Below, piece by piece: positions 55,226 to 62,491 of a stretch of DNA of 64,000 nt. The position numbers were made by a program, and so were the translations under genes. Within the stretch, counting starts at the first letter, position 1. Every line of letters begins with the position of its first letter. The stretch is from Phycisphaerae bacterium (GTDB taxonomy: Bacteria; Planctomycetota; Phycisphaerae; SM23-33), in NCBI GenBank assembly GCA_041687095.1, contig JAWLCQ010000004.1, forward strand, positions 19,194 to 83,193. The letters run 5' to 3'. Under the pieces are notes generated by a model. The model saw only the letters and a list, made by a program, of their open reading frames with translations, searched no databases and was not told where the DNA came from.

Positions 55226-56422
55226 ATGAAGCTGGCGGTGGCGGCGAACTATGATGCGGCGATCGCTCCCGAACTGGCCCGCTGGCCAGTGGAGGAGGTG
55301 TACGGGAAGCTCCCCGCCGACGGGATCAGCGGCGGACGGCCGAGCTACATGGGCTCGCCCATCGGCTGGGACGGCCTCGCCCGCTACGCCGCCGCCCTGC
55401 GGCAGCGCGGGATCGCCTTCAACTACCTGCTCAACGGCGTGTGCATGGGCAACCGCGAATGGACCGCCTCGTGGCAGAAGCGGGTGGTGCGGGTGCTGGA
55501 ACGGCTGGGGGCGATGGGGATCGATCGCGTCACCGTCTCGACGCCCTACCTGCTGGAGCTGATCAAGGCCCGCCTCCCGCAGTTCCGCGTGAAGGTGGGG
55601 ATCTACGCGGGCGTCGACACGCCCGAGCGGGCGCGGTTCTGGGAGGACCTCGGCGCCGACGCGATCAACGTCGACAGCCTGGCGCTGAACCGCGACTTCG
55701 AGAGGCTCTCCGCGATCCGCGCCGCCGTCCGCTGCCCGCTTCCGCTCATCGCCAACCACATCTGCCTCCGCGACTGCCCGCTGCAGCGCTACCACCAGGT
55801 GGGGATGGCGCACGCGTCGGACGGGTCGGGCGGGCTGTTCGTGGACTGGTGCTTCCTCCGCTGCTCCCGCCTGCGCCTCGAGGACCCCTCGCACATGATC
55901 CGCTCCCCGTGGATCCGCCCCGAGGACGTGCACGTGTACGAGTCGATGGGCTTTGACACGCTGAAGCTGCTGGAGCGGGGCATCCCATCGGAGGAGCTGC
56001 TCAAGCGGGTGCGGGCGTACGGGGAGCGGCGGTTCGAGGGCAACCTCGCCGAACTCCTCCTTCCCTACGGGTTCCGCAAGGCCCCGCGGAAGGAGCGGTT
56101 CTGGGCCCTCCGCCACTTCCTCCGCCCGCGGGCGATGCGCCCGTGGCGGGCGAGGCCGCTGCTGGACCTCGCGCGCCGCCAGGGCATGCTCTTCGCCCTC
56201 GACGAACCGCTCGTGCACATCGACTCGGCGGCCATCCCCGCCGATTTCCTCGAAGGGTTCCGCACCGCCCCGTGTGCGGGGGGCGCATGCACAGACTGTG
56301 GCCGCTGCCGCCGCATCGCCGACGCCGCCGTCCGCCTCAACGCCTCCGCCCGCGAGGAACTCCTGCAGGGCTACCGCGCCGCCGAGCGGGCGATGGCGAC
56401 GGGGGAACTCTGGAGTGTTTGA
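55226..56422 (+). CDS. peptidase U32-family protein (TIM-barrel, Cys-rich; family includes RNA/quinone hydroxylases RlhA/TrhP/UbiU-V)
   Basis: N-terminal MKLAVAANYDAAIA...VEEVYG parallels U32 ELLAPAGN...AAI..GADAVY. FWEDLGADAINVDSLALNRDFERLSAIRAAV resembles the U32 FWEELG block. Cys clusters HICLRDCP, DWCFLRC, CAGGACTDCGRC. AGGGAG RBS. Confidence 0.55.
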   Translation: MKLAVAANYDAAIAPELARWPVEEVYGKLPADGISGGRPSYMGSPIGWDGLARYAAALRQRGIAFNYLLNGVCMGNREWTASWQKRVVRVLERLGAMGIDRVTVSTPYLLELIKARLPQFRVKVGIYAGVDTPERARFWEDLGADAINVDSLALNRDFERLSAIRAAVRCPLPLIANHICLRDCPLQRYHQVGMAHASDGSGGLFVDWCFLRCSRLRLEDPSHMIRSPWIRPEDVHVYESMGFDTLKLLERGIPSEELLKRVRAYGERRFEGNLAELLLPYGFRKAPRKERFWALRHFLRPRAMRPWRARPLLDLARRQGMLFALDEPLVHIDSAAIPADFLEGFRTAPCAGGACTDCGRCRRIADAAVRLNASAREELLQGYRAAERAMATGELWSV

Positions 56423-57146
56423 CGCCCGCGCCACCGAGCCCGAACTGCTCGACTCCCCGTACTTCGACCCCCAGCGGGCCCAGCGGGAGTACCGCGTGAT
56501 GCAGGTGGTCAACGTGCTCTTCGGGGGCACGCGGGTGGTGAAGCGATACCTGCGGCGGCAGTGGGATTGCGTCCCCCCGGACCGCCCCCTCCGCGTCCTG
56601 GACATGGGGTCCGGGGCGTGCGACATCCCCATCGCCGTCGCCCGCTGGGCGCGGCGGCAGGGGCGGGAAATCGAGTTCACGTGCGTCGAATGCAACCCCG
56701 CCGCCATCGTGGTCGCCCACGAGCGGCTGGAGCGCGCGGGCGAGACGAGCATCCGCCTGATCCAGGGCGACGTCTTCGCCCACCGCCCCGACGAGCCCTA
56801 CGACTTCGCGCTGGGGTCGCTGTTCTTCCACCACCTCGACGACGGGCAGATCCTCGCCCTGCTGGAACACCTGCGGGGGATCGTGCGGTGCGGGGTGCTG
56901 GTGAACGACCTGCTGCGAAGCGTGTGGCACTACGCGGGGGCGTGGGTGGTGACGCTGCCCGCGAGCCACGAGGCGAGGCACGACGGGCTGCTGTCGATCC
57001 GGCGGAGCTTTCGAGCGAGGGAGTTGCGGCAGTTCCTGCGGCGGCTGCCCGATGTCCGTGTGCGGGCAGGGACGGCGTGGGCGTTTCGGGTGTGGGCGGA
57101 GGTGCAGTTCACCGGCGCCCGATCGGACGATTCCGCCCCGGAGTGA
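56415..57146 (+). CDS. class I SAM-dependent methyltransferase
   Basis: Motif I VLDMGSGACD; post-I acidic residue and FDFALGSLFFHHL. Start ambiguous: GTG at 56415 overlaps the U32 stop, or ATG at 56499 with GGGAG 9 nt upstream. Confidence 0.65.
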   Translation: MFDARATEPELLDSPYFDPQRAQREYRVMQVVNVLFGGTRVVKRYLRRQWDCVPPDRPLRVLDMGSGACDIPIAVARWARRQGREIEFTCVECNPAAIVVAHERLERAGETSIRLIQGDVFAHRPDEPYDFALGSLFFHHLDDGQILALLEHLRGIVRCGVLVNDLLRSVWHYAGAWVVTLPASHEARHDGLLSIRRSFRARELRQFLRRLPDVRVRAGTAWAFRVWAEVQFTGARSDDSAPE

Positions 57147-57186
57147 TTTCGCTCCCGTCGGGGGCATGGCGAACCGCCGCCGGTCA

Positions 57187-57229
57187 CGCGAAGGGGAACC
57201 GCCCCCTTCTCGGAGCGGTTCCCTTCGCG
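57187..57229. terminator. bidirectional terminator hairpin between the convergent methyltransferase and membrane-protein genes (15-bp stem cgcgaagg(g)gaaccgc/gcggttcccttcgcg)
   Basis: Near-perfect 15-bp inverted repeat with a 12-nt loop, centred in the 116-bp convergent intergenic gap. Confidence 0.5.
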
Positions 57230-57262
57230 CCTGTCATTCCCCATGTTGGCCGGTCGGATCGT

Positions 57263-57799
57263 CTACACGTGGGCCGGTCGCTGCGGAGTGGGGCCGGTCG
57301 CCACGAGCTTGCCGTGGTAGACCGCCCCGACGATCACACCGTAGACCAGGTGCGAAAGGATGAACAGGATCACCGTCCATGCCCCGTAGTCCGCTCCGAA
57401 GTACCCCGGATCCGCGATGCGCTCCGGCACGACCGGATGGAATCCCGGGAGCAGCCCCAGGAACAGCCCGCCAAGGATCAGGTGCGGGATGGCGATCACC
57501 AGCCCGTGCCACCAGTCCGCAGGCCCCCAGACCCTCGACAAGATCAGCCCGTACAACATGCCGATCAGGCCGGTGACGATCAGGTTCAGGACGAACCCCA
57601 GGATCCACGTCCCCACGGAGACGTTCTGGGTGAACATCGAGCCCACGATCATCGCCAGGTCCAGCGAGGTCAGGTTCACCAACCTCGCCACCGCGAGCAG
57701 GAGCATTACGATCAGGCCTCCCAGCGCTCCCGCCAGGAACGCAAGTGACGGATTGTACTTCCTCTTGCTGCCATCTCCCCTGATGTGTGTGTCTGTCAT
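57263..57799 (-). CDS. small integral membrane protein (4 predicted TM), paralog A
   Basis: MTDTHIRGDGSKRKYNPSLAFLAGALGGLIVMLLLAVARL...WGPADWWHGLVIAIPHLILGGLFL...; about 70% identical to the next gene. Confidence 0.55.
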   Translation of the reverse strand: MTDTHIRGDGSKRKYNPSLAFLAGALGGLIVMLLLAVARLVNLTSLDLAMIVGSMFTQNVSVGTWILGFVLNLIVTGLIGMLYGLILSRVWGPADWWHGLVIAIPHLILGGLFLGLLPGFHPVVPERIADPGYFGADYGAWTVILFILSHLVYGVIVGAVYHGKLVATGPTPQRPAHV

Positions 57800-57877
57800 G
57801 ACTTTATCTCCACAATGCTTTGCACAGTCTTTCCTCTGTCTTCCATACGGTCCGGCGGCAGTGCGTACCGCGAGACC

Positions 57878-58381
57878 CTATACGTGCGCCACGCGGTCCG
57901 GCGTCGGGCCCGCCGCCACGAGCTTGCCGTGGTAGACCGCCCCGACCACCGCACCGTAGACCAGGTGCCCCACGATGAACAGGAGCACCGCCCAGGTGCC
58001 GTAGTTCTCCGCGAAGGCCCCGGGGCTGGGCAGCAGTTCCGGCACGGCGGGGTTGATCGCCGGCATGAGCAGCAGGAACAGCCCCCCGATGATCAGGTGC
58101 GGGATGGCGATGACCAGCCCGTGCCACCAGTTCGCCGGGCCCCAGACCTTCGAAAAGATCAGCCCGTACACCATCCCGATCAACCCGCTGATGAGCAGGT
58201 GGATGACGAACCCGAGGATCCAGGTTCCGGCGGTGAGGCTCTGGGTGAACATCGCCCCCAGGAACATCACCAGGTTCAGGGACGTCAGCTCGAACAGTCT
58301 CGCCAGCGATAGCAGCAGGGTCAGAATCACCCCGCCCAGCACGCCGGCGAGGAAGGCCAAGGATGCGTTGTACTTCGTCAT
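57878..58381 (-). CDS. small integral membrane protein, paralog B (tandem duplicate)
   Basis: Start at MTKYNASLAFLAGVLGG (GGGAG 8 nt upstream), not at the track ORF start 58735. WGPANWWHGLVIAIPHLIIGGLFL is conserved with paralog A. Confidence 0.55.
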   Translation of the reverse strand: MTKYNASLAFLAGVLGGVILTLLLSLARLFELTSLNLVMFLGAMFTQSLTAGTWILGFVIHLLISGLIGMVYGLIFSKVWGPANWWHGLVIAIPHLIIGGLFLLLMPAINPAVPELLPSPGAFAENYGTWAVLLFIVGHLVYGAVVGAVYHGKLVAAGPTPDRVAHV

Positions 58382-58628
58382 GAGAGTTACTCCCGTCGTC
58401 TTCGGGTGCGGATTTCCATAGTTGGACTTATCTAATTGTATGCATGCTCCAGGGGACGCCGCACCCATTGGGGAGTTCTCCCTACCCGCCCTGCGGGCGA
58501 GGCCTCGCCGACCGATGGTGGGGCCCTGCGCGGGACGGGTGCGATCGGAGGATGCTGCCGACGACGCACGATGAACGCTGCCCTGTCCTTGCCCGCCGTT
58601 GTGCGTAAGGTTCCTATAGGCAAGGGGC

Positions 58629-58931
58629 ATGCTGGAGTTGAGAGTGAAGGTTACATCGAAGGGACAAGTAACGATCCCGCAACGCATCGGCAAGGAGGCG
58701 GGGCTGCTTCCCGGATGCGAAGTCGACTTCCACATGGCCGCCGACGGCAGGATCTATCTGCAGAGGCTCGAAGGGAAGGGCCGGGGGGAGCAGTTGGTCG
58801 AGCATCTGCGCCGTCGAGGGAGCGTGCGGATGAGGACGGATGACATTCCGGCACTCACCCGTGAGAAGCCCCGAAGTTTCCGGTTCCGCACGTACTTTCC
58901 CACCGTCCATCTGATCTGCCCTACCCTCTGA
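58629..58931 (+). CDS. AbrB/MazE/SpoVT-family DNA-binding (antitoxin-like) protein; no cognate toxin gene adjacent
   Basis: N-terminal VKVTSKGQVTIPQRIGKEAGLLPGCEVDFHMAADGRIYL corresponds to the swapped-hairpin SpoVT/AbrB domain. The C-terminal 30 aa may be ORF over-extension. Confidence 0.5.
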   Translation: MLELRVKVTSKGQVTIPQRIGKEAGLLPGCEVDFHMAADGRIYLQRLEGKGRGEQLVEHLRRRGSVRMRTDDIPALTREKPRSFRFRTYFPTVHLICPTL

Positions 58932-58947
58932 ATCCGCTCCACAGCCC

Positions 58948-60432
58948 TCACCGCCCGCGGAACGTCAGCGACGGGTCCACGGGGGGGCGCGGGTGCAGCA
59001 GGTGCACCACCCGCGACGCCAGGTAACCCACCAGCACGCACGTCACGAGCCCCACTGCCGCCAGGAGCAGCCCGTGCACCAGCGCGAGCCGCTGCACCAC
59101 CACCACCGCCCCCGCCGACGCCCCCGCCCCGATCAGCGCCCCCACGCCGTTGGCGCGGCGGAGGAAGATGCCCAGCACGAACAGCCCGCCCAACGCCCCA
59201 CCGAACAGCCCCAGAATCTCGTAGAAGAAGTCCAACGCCGACCCCACGTCCATCCTCGCCACCCCCACCGCCGCCCCCGTCGCCACCGCGCCCGACACCA
59301 CCGTCGTCCATCGGGCGAACCGCATGCAGTCTCGCTCCGAGGGGGCGCGGCGGAGGCGGCGGTAGAAGTCCGTCGTCACCGCCGTCGCCACCGCGTTCAT
59401 CCCGCTGTCGATGGACGACATGGCGGCCGCGAAGATCCCGGCGATGACCAGGCCCGACACCCCGACGGGCATCTGGTGGACGACGAAGTACGGGAGGATG
59501 GCGTCGGGACGGAGGTCCGGGGGCAACGCCCCGGGATGCTCGCCATAGAACGCGAACAGCGCCGTCCCCAGGAAGAAGAACAAAAACCCCGTGGGGATCC
59601 CCAGCAGCGCGCTCGTCCACGCCGCCCGCTTCGCCGCCCGCACGTCCGGCGTCACCAGGTACCGCTGCACCACGTCCTGCTGCGCCGTGTTGGGCGAGAC
59701 GGCGAACAAGGCCCCGCCCAGGATCAGCACCCACACCGAGAGCACTCGCGGGCTGCCCGACCAGTCGGGCGTGTAGAACTTGCCGTTCGCCTCCCCGATG
59801 CGCACGATGCCCGCCAGGCCGCCCTCGACGTTCCCCGCCACGATCGCCAGCGCCAGCACCGCCCCGCCCGTCAGCACGACGACCTGGACCACGTCCGTCC
59901 ACACCACCGCCTCGATGCCCCCCAGCACCGTATACGCCGTCGCCAGCACGCCCATGGCGAGGATGCAGGCGTACACGTCCCACCCCGTCGCCGCGTGCAG
60001 CGCCAGCGAGGGCAGGTACAGCACGATCGCCATCCGCCAGAACTGGAACAGCACGAACCACACCGAGGCGAACCAGCGGGCGGCGAGGTTGAAGCGGGCC
60101 TCGAGGTACTCATACGCCGTCGTGATGTTCAGGCGACGGTAGAAGGGGATGTAGACCAGGACGACAAGCGGCACGACCAGGAGCTGCGCGAGCGTGTACA
60201 CGAGCATCGTCCAGTCGCCCGTGTAGGCCTTGCCGGGCACGGCCATGTACGTGATCGCGCTGAGCCCGCCCCCGAAGATGCTCAGCCCCGCCGCCCACCA
60301 GGGGATGCGGCGCCCGGCGAGGAAGTAGTCGTCCGTGCTCCGCTCCCGCCGCGCGAACACCGCCCCCATCGCCACCATCGCCAGCAGGTAGCCCACCAGG
60401 ACCAGCCCGTCAATCCAGGTGAAGTGGGTCAT
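58948..60432 (-). CDS. sodium:solute symporter (SSS) family transporter
   Basis: 494 aa with about 13 hydrophobic segments. SSS-type N-terminus (DYFLAGRRIPWWAAGLSIFGGGLSAITYMAVPGKAY) and overall family pattern. Confidence 0.8.
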   Translation of the reverse strand: MTHFTWIDGLVLVGYLLAMVAMGAVFARRERSTDDYFLAGRRIPWWAAGLSIFGGGLSAITYMAVPGKAYTGDWTMLVYTLAQLLVVPLVVLVYIPFYRRLNITTAYEYLEARFNLAARWFASVWFVLFQFWRMAIVLYLPSLALHAATGWDVYACILAMGVLATAYTVLGGIEAVVWTDVVQVVVLTGGAVLALAIVAGNVEGGLAGIVRIGEANGKFYTPDWSGSPRVLSVWVLILGGALFAVSPNTAQQDVVQRYLVTPDVRAAKRAAWTSALLGIPTGFLFFFLGTALFAFYGEHPGALPPDLRPDAILPYFVVHQMPVGVSGLVIAGIFAAAMSSIDSGMNAVATAVTTDFYRRLRRAPSERDCMRFARWTTVVSGAVATGAAVGVARMDVGSALDFFYEILGLFGGALGGLFVLGIFLRRANGVGALIGAGASAGAVVVVQRLALVHGLLLAAVGLVTCVLVGYLASRVVHLLHPRPPVDPSLTFRGR

Positions 60433-60484
60433 GCCTTCCTTCCGTCATCCCAAGCGTACCGGGAACCCGTTTCACCGCGGAGAG

Positions 60485-60640
60485 CGCAGGGAGAGGAAAG
60501 GCACTAGGGACTAGGGACTAGGGACTAGGGACTAGGGACTAGGGAAGAAGAAGCACCGAAGCATGACGTTGCCTCTTCCGCTTCTTCTGCCTATTCCCTA
60601 GTGCCTATTCCCTAGTGCCTCTCCTCTGCGATCTCTGCGG
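60485..60640. repeat. ~155-bp imperfect palindrome whose left arm carries (ACTAGGG)x8 (60504-60559) and whose right arm carries (GCCTATTCCCTAGT)x2
   Basis: Left arm gagaggaaaggc(actaggg)8aagaagaag; right arm cttcttctgcctattccctagtgcctattccctagtgcctctcctc (reverse complement gaggagaggcactagggaataggcactagggaataggcagaagaag). It lies between the sulfatase stop and the SSS transporter start. Confidence 0.85.
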
Positions 60641-60652
60641 TGAACGCCTCCG

Positions 60653-62110
60653 TCACGCCAACCCGTTGGGGTGCGCTTCCAGGAACTCCGCGTGCTGCTT
60701 GCGCCCGGTCTCGCGGAGGCGCTTGGCGTACTTCTCCAGGCTGCTGCGGGTGTGGAACGGACCGCCCTCGCGGAGAACCTCCCACAGCGGGTCCCCGTAG
60801 GGCCGGCCCGCGAGCATCTCGGTCGTCCACTCCTCCAGCAGCCGCGAGCCGTGATCCACCAGGTCCTGGCGGGACGGGGCGAGGTCGTTCAGCTCGTGGG
60901 GGTCGGCGGCGAGGTCGAAGACCATCTTCTCGCGGAGGTTCTTGAGGCCCGTGTCCCACGTGCGGCAGAAGAGGTTGTCGCCCCAGCGGACGGACCGCAT
61001 GCACGACCACGCCATCTGCGAGAACACCACGTACTCCCGCCCGCCGTCGGTTCCCTTGCGGAAGGCGTCGGCGTAGCTGCGCCCGTCCCAGCACGCGGGC
61101 ACCTCCCCGCCGAGCAGCTCCACGAGCGTCGCGGCGATGTCGCACTGGTTGTACAGGCCCTTGTCCACGCGCCCCCCGGGCATGCCGGGGTAGCGGACGA
61201 TCATCGGGACGCGCGAGGTGATGTGGTCGGCCGTCGCGTGGTCGCCGATCACGCCCAGCTCGCCCATGTTCTCCCCGTGGTCGCTGGTCATGATGACGAT
61301 GGTGTCGTCGAGGACGCCCTTGTCGGCGAGGGCGTTGAGGACGCGCCCGCACCACTCGTCGGCGTAGCGGATGCCGGTGTCGTACCCGTTGACCCAGGTG
61401 CGGTAGTCGTCCATGGACGCGATCTGGCTGGGCTGGCGGGGGTGTCCGGGCGGGGTGGGCGCCCCGTAGCTCCCGCCCGGTTCCTGCGGGGTCCCGGGCC
61501 CGAAGCTGTTCCACTGCTGCTGGCGGAGTTCCTCGGTGTACCACCCGGCGAGGGGCTCGTCGGCGAAGGGGTCCCCGAACTCCTGCGGCGTGCGGTAGAC
61601 CGTGTGCGGGTCCCAGATGTTGATGTGCAGCATCCAGTCGGGGCGCTCGGCGTTGCGGTCGATCCAGTCCAGGGCCAGCGGCACGATCTGGTCCGCCCGC
61701 TCGCTCCCGCAGTAGCCCGTGTTGACCATCTCGTGCCACCCCGCGTAGAACCACCACGCCGAGTGCCGCTCCGCGAACGGGCTGAACGACACCGGGTAGA
61801 TGCCCCGCCCGCGGAGCAGCTCGATGAACTCCGGCCGCTGCCAGCGCGTCTGGAAACCGCGCTCGCGCCCCATGGGCCGCAGGTCCGCCTGCAAGCCCCC
61901 ATGGTTCACCACGCCCGTGTGGATGCCGAACTGCCCCGTGAACATGCTCGCCCGCGAGGGCAGGCAGGGGGCGTCGGAGACGTAGCAGTTCTCGAACCGT
62001 ACGCCCTCGGCGGCGATGCGGTCGAGGTTGGGGGTCGTGTTGCGGTGGTAGCCATAGCAGCCCAGATGATCCGCCCGGGTGGTGTCAACGTCGAGGTACA
62101 GGATACGCAC
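60653..62110 (-). CDS. sulfatase (arylsulfatase-family, formylglycine-dependent), no signal peptide
   Basis: N-terminal MRILYLDVDTTRADHLGCYGY and the FGly signature C-L-P-S-R in SDAPCLPSRASMFTGQ; metal-ligand Asp residues present. Confidence 0.8.
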   Translation of the reverse strand: MRILYLDVDTTRADHLGCYGYHRNTTPNLDRIAAEGVRFENCYVSDAPCLPSRASMFTGQFGIHTGVVNHGGLQADLRPMGRERGFQTRWQRPEFIELLRGRGIYPVSFSPFAERHSAWWFYAGWHEMVNTGYCGSERADQIVPLALDWIDRNAERPDWMLHINIWDPHTVYRTPQEFGDPFADEPLAGWYTEELRQQQWNSFGPGTPQEPGGSYGAPTPPGHPRQPSQIASMDDYRTWVNGYDTGIRYADEWCGRVLNALADKGVLDDTIVIMTSDHGENMGELGVIGDHATADHITSRVPMIVRYPGMPGGRVDKGLYNQCDIAATLVELLGGEVPACWDGRSYADAFRKGTDGGREYVVFSQMAWSCMRSVRWGDNLFCRTWDTGLKNLREKMVFDLAADPHELNDLAPSRQDLVDHGSRLLEEWTTEMLAGRPYGDPLWEVLREGGPFHTRSSLEKYAKRLRETGRKQHAEFLEAHPNGLA

Positions 62111-62177
62111 GGATAGTCTCCTTCTATACGGTTTCGGAAGCGGGCATTATAGGGCCCGACGCCGCACGGGGGAAGGC

Positions 62178-62491
62178 GGGGGGAATTTCGGATTTGGGAA
62201 TTCGGATTTCGGATTTGCGTGGGTGTTGATCGGGGTCCCCTCCGCGGAAGCGGGTCTTTCACTCGCTCCAGGATTGAGCGGGGATGAACGCAGATGAACG
62301 CGGATAGAGGGAAGGCGGGGATACAGGGGATGAGAGTGACAATCAACTCCCATCCCTTGCATCCCCGCTCTCTCTTCCTCATCTGGTTCATCTGCGTTCA
62401 TCCCCGCCAAGTCTTCATCCGCGGAGGGAAGCCTGGACTGCCACCCACGCAAATCCGAATTCCGAAATCCCAAATCCGAAATCCCGAATCC
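62178..62491. mobile_element. ~315-bp non-coding long imperfect palindrome (MITE/BIME-like) with ~45-bp terminal inverted repeats built from degenerate ATTTCGG/ATTTGGG/AATTCGG heptamers
   Basis: Left end gggaatttcggatttgggaattcggatttcggatttgcgtgggtg. Right end cacccacgcaaatccgaattccgaaatcccaaatccgaaatcccgaatccc (its reverse complement matches the left end). Inner perfect inverted repeat gcggggatgaacgcagatgaac / gttcatctgcgttcatccccgc. No plausible ORF inside. Confidence 0.4.

Noticed and set aside
58629-60432. Toxin partner for the AbrB-like gene
   Set aside because: The only downstream ORF is the opposite-strand SSS transporter. No PIN or MazF-like frame was found within 300 bp.
60504-60559. 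Possible CRISPR array (regularly spaced repeats)
   Set aside because: The units are 7 bp and perfectly contiguous with no spacers. This is a microsatellite, not CRISPR. The same applies to the 37184 and 47767 arrays.
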